A stretch of 41,186 nt of DNA from Octopus sinensis (Eukaryota), in contig NW_021835275.1 in assembly GCF_006345805.1 (NCBI RefSeq), positions 1 through 41,186 on the forward strand. Reading direction: 5' to 3'. Both the position numbers and the translations under genes were made by a program. Numbering within the stretch: the stretch's first letter is position 1; the number at the start of each line of letters is the position of its first letter. Shown one piece after another: positions 37,273-41,186 of the stretch. Under the pieces are notes generated by a model. The model saw only the letters and a list, made by a program, of their open reading frames with translations. It ran no database searches and was not told the DNA's origin.

Positions 37273-37782
37273 ATATATAGCTTATTTGTTCTGTTTGTCC
37301 ACGTGAGACTTGAAAACAAAACAAAAGCAAGGCAAAAATAAATAAGAAGAAAAACGAAAAATGAACTAAACACCAAAAAAAAAAAGCAAAACAAAAAATA
37401 AACTGGAAACAGAAAATAATATACGAAGAATATCTCGTCTATAAAGGAGACATTTTCCATGGAACGCAAAAATAATAACAAAAACAAAAACAAAAATATA
37501 TTGATAAATTAAAAGAATTGAAACCTTAATGGGGTGACAGACAATATTGCAAAGATTTTGTAATGTGTTACCAGCCTCCACCACTCTCTGGCTCTCTCCT
37601 TCTCTTTCAAAGACATTCACACTCTCTCTTCATCACTCTCTCTGTCTCTTTCTCTTTCTCACTCAAAACACATACACGCTCTCTTGTTATCTCACTGACT
37701 CTCACTGTCCTTCAGAAAGACACAAACCCTTTTCCTCTCTTTGACTCTCTGTGTTTCTCAAAGACACACACCCCCGCGCGCA

Positions 37783-37837
<55 letters not shown>

Positions 37838-37870
37838 ACCCACGCGCACTCTCTCTCTCTCGCTCTCTCT
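36025..37870. repeat. (ACAT), (TA), (CAC/CAT), (ATT), (CA), (CT) microsatellite fields
   Basis: Directly visible. Confidence 0.85.
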
Positions 37871-38134
37871 TTTCCTCGTTGACACTCTCCATCTTTCTCA
37901 AAGACTCTCGTACTTCTCTCAGTAACTCTCCCCATCACTATTTCTCTTCTCTCCCTCTCTCCCTCCCTCCTTCTCTCCATCCCCACCCCTCCCCCTCTGC
38001 CTTAAACTCTCTTTCTGTCTTCTCACCCTTTCTCTTCCCCCCTCACTCTTTCTGCTCTTACTCTTTTGCAAATCGCTCTTCGGAATTACTTTACCAATAT
38101 TTTAATGTGACACCACCAGGGGGCGGTGGTAGAA

Positions 38135-38390
38135 TAACAGAATAGCAGAAACGCTAGAATGCCTTACCGTATTTAGCGAGGTTCTGCTACATCTGACGGA
38201 GTTCAAATGCGGCAATGTTGATTATTATTATTATTATTTTACTTTTTCATTTTATCCTCTCAGTGGGTGGGAAGGAAAGCTTCTAGGGATTCGATAAAAT
38301 AAATAGTGGATCATAAACACATACCGAGGTCGATCGAATTGATTATAACCCTCTACTCACATACAAAGTTTGACCTTGTTCGAAAGTAAG
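38135..38390 (+). mobile_element. SINE family B, strongly degraded
   Basis: AGCAGAAACGCTAGAATGCC..GGAGTTCAAATGC...GGATTCGATAAAATAAATAG..GGTCGAT. Confidence 0.45.
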
Positions 38391-38899
38391 AAACTAAAAA
38401 AAGATTATTGTTTTTACAAGAATTTTCAAAATGAATCTTTAAAAATCAGGCAGCGCAATCAATTGCCAAATAAATCTGAAAAGTACCGATCATATACGTA
38501 ATACGGCAGAAAAACCTGCTATATTTTGTACGGCTATTGATATGGCGCTAATGTTGTCAAGTTATGGCGGGGACACACACATACTACACACGTGTGTGTA
38601 AGTGCGTATATATTTATATATATTATTCAAAGAAATTCCAACTCTGTCTGTTTTTTATGTTTTATTTATATTCTTTATAATATTAATGTAGAATATAGAA
38701 TATATAGTATAAAAAGTATATATAGCAGTATAATGAAATGAAGCATTGTCTTATTGAATAGATGAAAGAGTAAATATCAAATATTAAGGGACTTGTATTC
38801 TTTCTTGCATTAAAGCGGTCTTCAAGGTCCCGACCGCGTGTATATCATTGGCGATTTTTTTCCTCCGTCTTCCCTTCTTTGTATCTTTCCTTTTCCTAT

Positions 38900-38934
38900 G
38901 TTTCTGACGAAGAGCTCCGCTCGAAACGTTAAAC
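38900..38934 (+). ncRNA. Minimal type I hammerhead ribozyme motif, likely in a Penelope-like element 3' repeat (about 38790-39020)
   Basis: GTTT-CTGACGA-A-GAGC-TCC-GCTC-GAAA-CGT-T-AAAC: stem I GTTT/AAAC, CUGANGA core, stem II GAGC/GCTC, GAAA, loopless palindromic stem III ACGT, and NUH site GUU. This matches the minimal hammerheads described in Penelope-like elements. Activity is untested. Confidence 0.7.
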
Positions 38935-39030
38935 TCCTCCTTTCCTTCCTTCCTGAGCGTCCAATAATACTATATTTGTTCCACGTCCTCGCGTTGTTGT
39001 GTTTTCATGTTTGGATTAACTATATATATA

Positions 39031-39158
39031 GGGAGAATTCACAAAAAAAAGACAAAAGACGAAGACAGTTGGTGTAGACAACAAACAAATGTATTAGTAT
39101 AACGCTCGATAAGTGAAAAAAATCTTTAACGTTTCGAGCCACCATCTTCAGTCGGAAA
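39031..39158 (-). mobile_element. Related Penelope-like 3' end on the minus strand with a degenerate hammerhead motif (39125-39158)
   Basis: Minus strand reads TTTCCGA-CTGAAGA-TGGTG-GCTCGAAACGTTAAA...GAGCGT..TAATAC..TTTGTT, sharing blocks with the plus-strand element at 38919-39020. Stem II does not pair. Confidence 0.5.
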
Positions 39159-39189
39159 TGACCATGGGATTGCACATATAATGTTCACT

Positions 39190-39466
39190 TCCGAGGTACA
39201 AGCCCGAGCAATGTTGTTTTTATGGAAGACAGCAGTCGCCCATGCACACCAGTCTCCCCTCTCTATGCCACCGATGTTATCCAAGGAGAAGGCAAAGGCC
39301 GATACAGATTGGCACCAGTGACGTCGCAACACATTTCTAGAGATAAGTACTGGAGCAACCGGAGATAAAGTGTCTGCTCAAGAACACAAAACGTAGCCCG
39401 GTACGGGAATCGAACTCATTTCTTTATGATTGTGAGCCCAACGCTCTAACCACTGAGCCATGCGAC
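39190..39466 (-). mobile_element. tRNA-derived SINE: family C head and central domain with a different 3' body
   Basis: Minus strand TGGCTCAGTGGTTAGAGC...GAGTTCGATTCCC...GTGTTCTTGAGCAGACACTTTATC aligns to 3033-3140, then diverges. Confidence 0.8.
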
Positions 39467-39469
39467 TTT

Positions 39470-39535
39470 TAATATATATATATATATATATATCTATAAA
39501 TATAGATATATATCTATATAATATATATATATATG

Positions 39536-39633
<98 letters not shown>

Positions 39634-39730
39634 ATATAATTACATATATCTATCTATATAATATATATATTATATATATGTCTATATATATATATATGTA
39701 TATATAATATATATCTAATATAATATACAT

Positions 39731-39769
<39 letters not shown>

Positions 39770-39770
39770 T
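39470..39770. repeat. (TA)n field
   Basis: Directly visible. Confidence 0.95.
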
Positions 39771-40003
39771 TATTATCAAAAAGAAAAACAAATGCAAAGG
39801 ATTTTGCGGTACATATGTTTTTCTGGCTTTATTGAACAATGTATATCAATGCATAATTGATATAACATGTAGGTCAAACAGCCTTCTTCAGCCGCGTACA
39901 ATTACCACACCAAAGACATATATTACATTAAGCAGGTTTGAGAAAAAGTTTTGGAAAAAAAAAAACGAGTTTCATGGGAAGGTAAATCCTCATAGTCGTA
40001 TAT

Positions 40004-40044
<41 letters not shown>

Positions 40045-40045
40045 T

Positions 40046-40392
40046 GGCACTCCGTCTGTTATGACGACGAGGGTTCCAGTTGATCTGAACAACGGAACAG
40101 CCTGCTCGTGAAATTAACGTGCAAGTGGCTGAGCACTCCACAGACACGTGTACCTTTAGCGTAGCTCTCGGGGAGATTCAGTGTGACACAGGGTGTGATA
40201 AGAATGTCCCTTTAAAATACAGGTACAACAGAAACAGGAAGAAATAGAGAGAGAAAATTGTGGTGAAAAAGTACAGCAGGGTTCATCTCCCCCACTCCAC
40301 CTGCCAGAGCCTCGTGGGGCTTTGCGTGTTTTCGCTCAATAAACTTTCACAATGCCAGGTGTTGGAATCGAAGCCGCGATCCTACAATCGCA
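40046..40392 (-). mobile_element. tRNA-derived SINE: family C 3' body (40046-40225) with a different head and central domain
   Basis: 40046-40225 is the reverse complement of about 3165-3342. The head GATCGCGGCTTCGATTCC (B-box-like) lies at 40360-40392. Confidence 0.75.
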
Positions 40393-40490
40393 AGGCTTTG
40401 GTCGACGCGGGGCTATGGTAGGAGACACATGCCCAAGGTGTTACGTAATGGGACTGAACCCAGAAACATGAGGTTCAGAAGCAAACACCA
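40393..40490 (-). mobile_element. SINE family A, left-part fragment
   Basis: CAAGGCTTTGGTCG...CCCAAGGTG...GGGACTGAACCC. Confidence 0.7.
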
Positions 40491-40534
40491 TCATACATCA
40501 TTCTAATATTATCCTATCTCACATAAACAGTAAA

Positions 40535-40790
40535 ACCACGACGACGACGATGGTGAAGACCACCACCATCACAACCAGCACCACCACCATCACAACCAGC
40601 ACCAGCACCACCAGCACCAGCACCACCAGCACCAGCACCACCAGCACCAGCACCAGCACCACCACCACCACCACAAAGATGACAATCACTATCACAGCAA
40701 TAGAGCCACAACTTCCACCACGCTCAGCAACACTATTACCACCAACACCACTTAAAACATCATCCTCATCAGCAGCAGCAGTAGCATCAA
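40535..40790. repeat. (ACG)/(ACC/AGC) GC-rich simple repeat
   Basis: Directly visible. Confidence 0.85.
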
Positions 40791-41186
40791 TGCCTAGCGA
40801 GGTGTATACCGCAGGCTACTCTTCAAGCCAAAAGGTATCCTGATTGTATGAAGTTTAGATTGCCGTTAGGAGACCCATGTTAATACACGGAAGATTCGAT
40901 GAAAGTGCGTAGAAGGCACATTTTGAGTTGTGAATATAGTTGTAAAGAGAAATTAGGGATGTAAGAAAAGGAAAAGAGAAAGCTTATAAGGGTGAGAAAA
41001 TTTACAAGTAAAGAATTTGAGAGGGGTCGTTTAACGGATGGTTTTTAACATATATCTATACATACAAACACACGCACGTACACACACACGCGCACACAAT
41101 CACACAGATGAAATCACGCTCAAATATAAGCATATATATAAGCATTACATATATATAATATATATATATATAATTAAAACTGGAAC

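Noticed and set aside
40550-40843. Thr/Ser-rich 97-aa ORF resembling a mucin exon
   Set aside because: It is mostly ACC/AGC repeat; the short unique tail has no recognisable homology and only a weak donor site.

Overview
Eukaryotic, AT-rich, repeat-saturated non-coding DNA; not prokaryotic, with no CRISPR array or operon. The tRNA-headed SINE families and the dense TA/ACAT/triplet microsatellites match what I know of octopus (cephalopod) genomes; that assignment is recalled, not computed. I found no intact host protein-coding gene, and nearly all listed ORFs are microsatellite read-throughs. The window contains: about 20 copies or fragments of three to four tRNA-derived SINE families; decayed transposase/RT remnants (DD37D maT-type mariner, piggyBac with a Cys-rich C-terminus, two RTE LINE fragments, an R4/NeSL-type REL-endonuclease element, a LINE 3' end); Helitron/Helentron-like remnants; and a full-length U6 snRNA copy on the minus strand abutting a SINE with a triplicated 5' head. 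It also has a minimal hammerhead-ribozyme motif facing a degenerate second one, and several long near-perfect palindromes (about 460 bp zero-spacer, 236 bp GC-rich, 66 bp). The best leads are the U6-SINE junction, the tail-to-tail hammerhead pair, and the nested inverted repeats that would give long dsRNA if transcribed.
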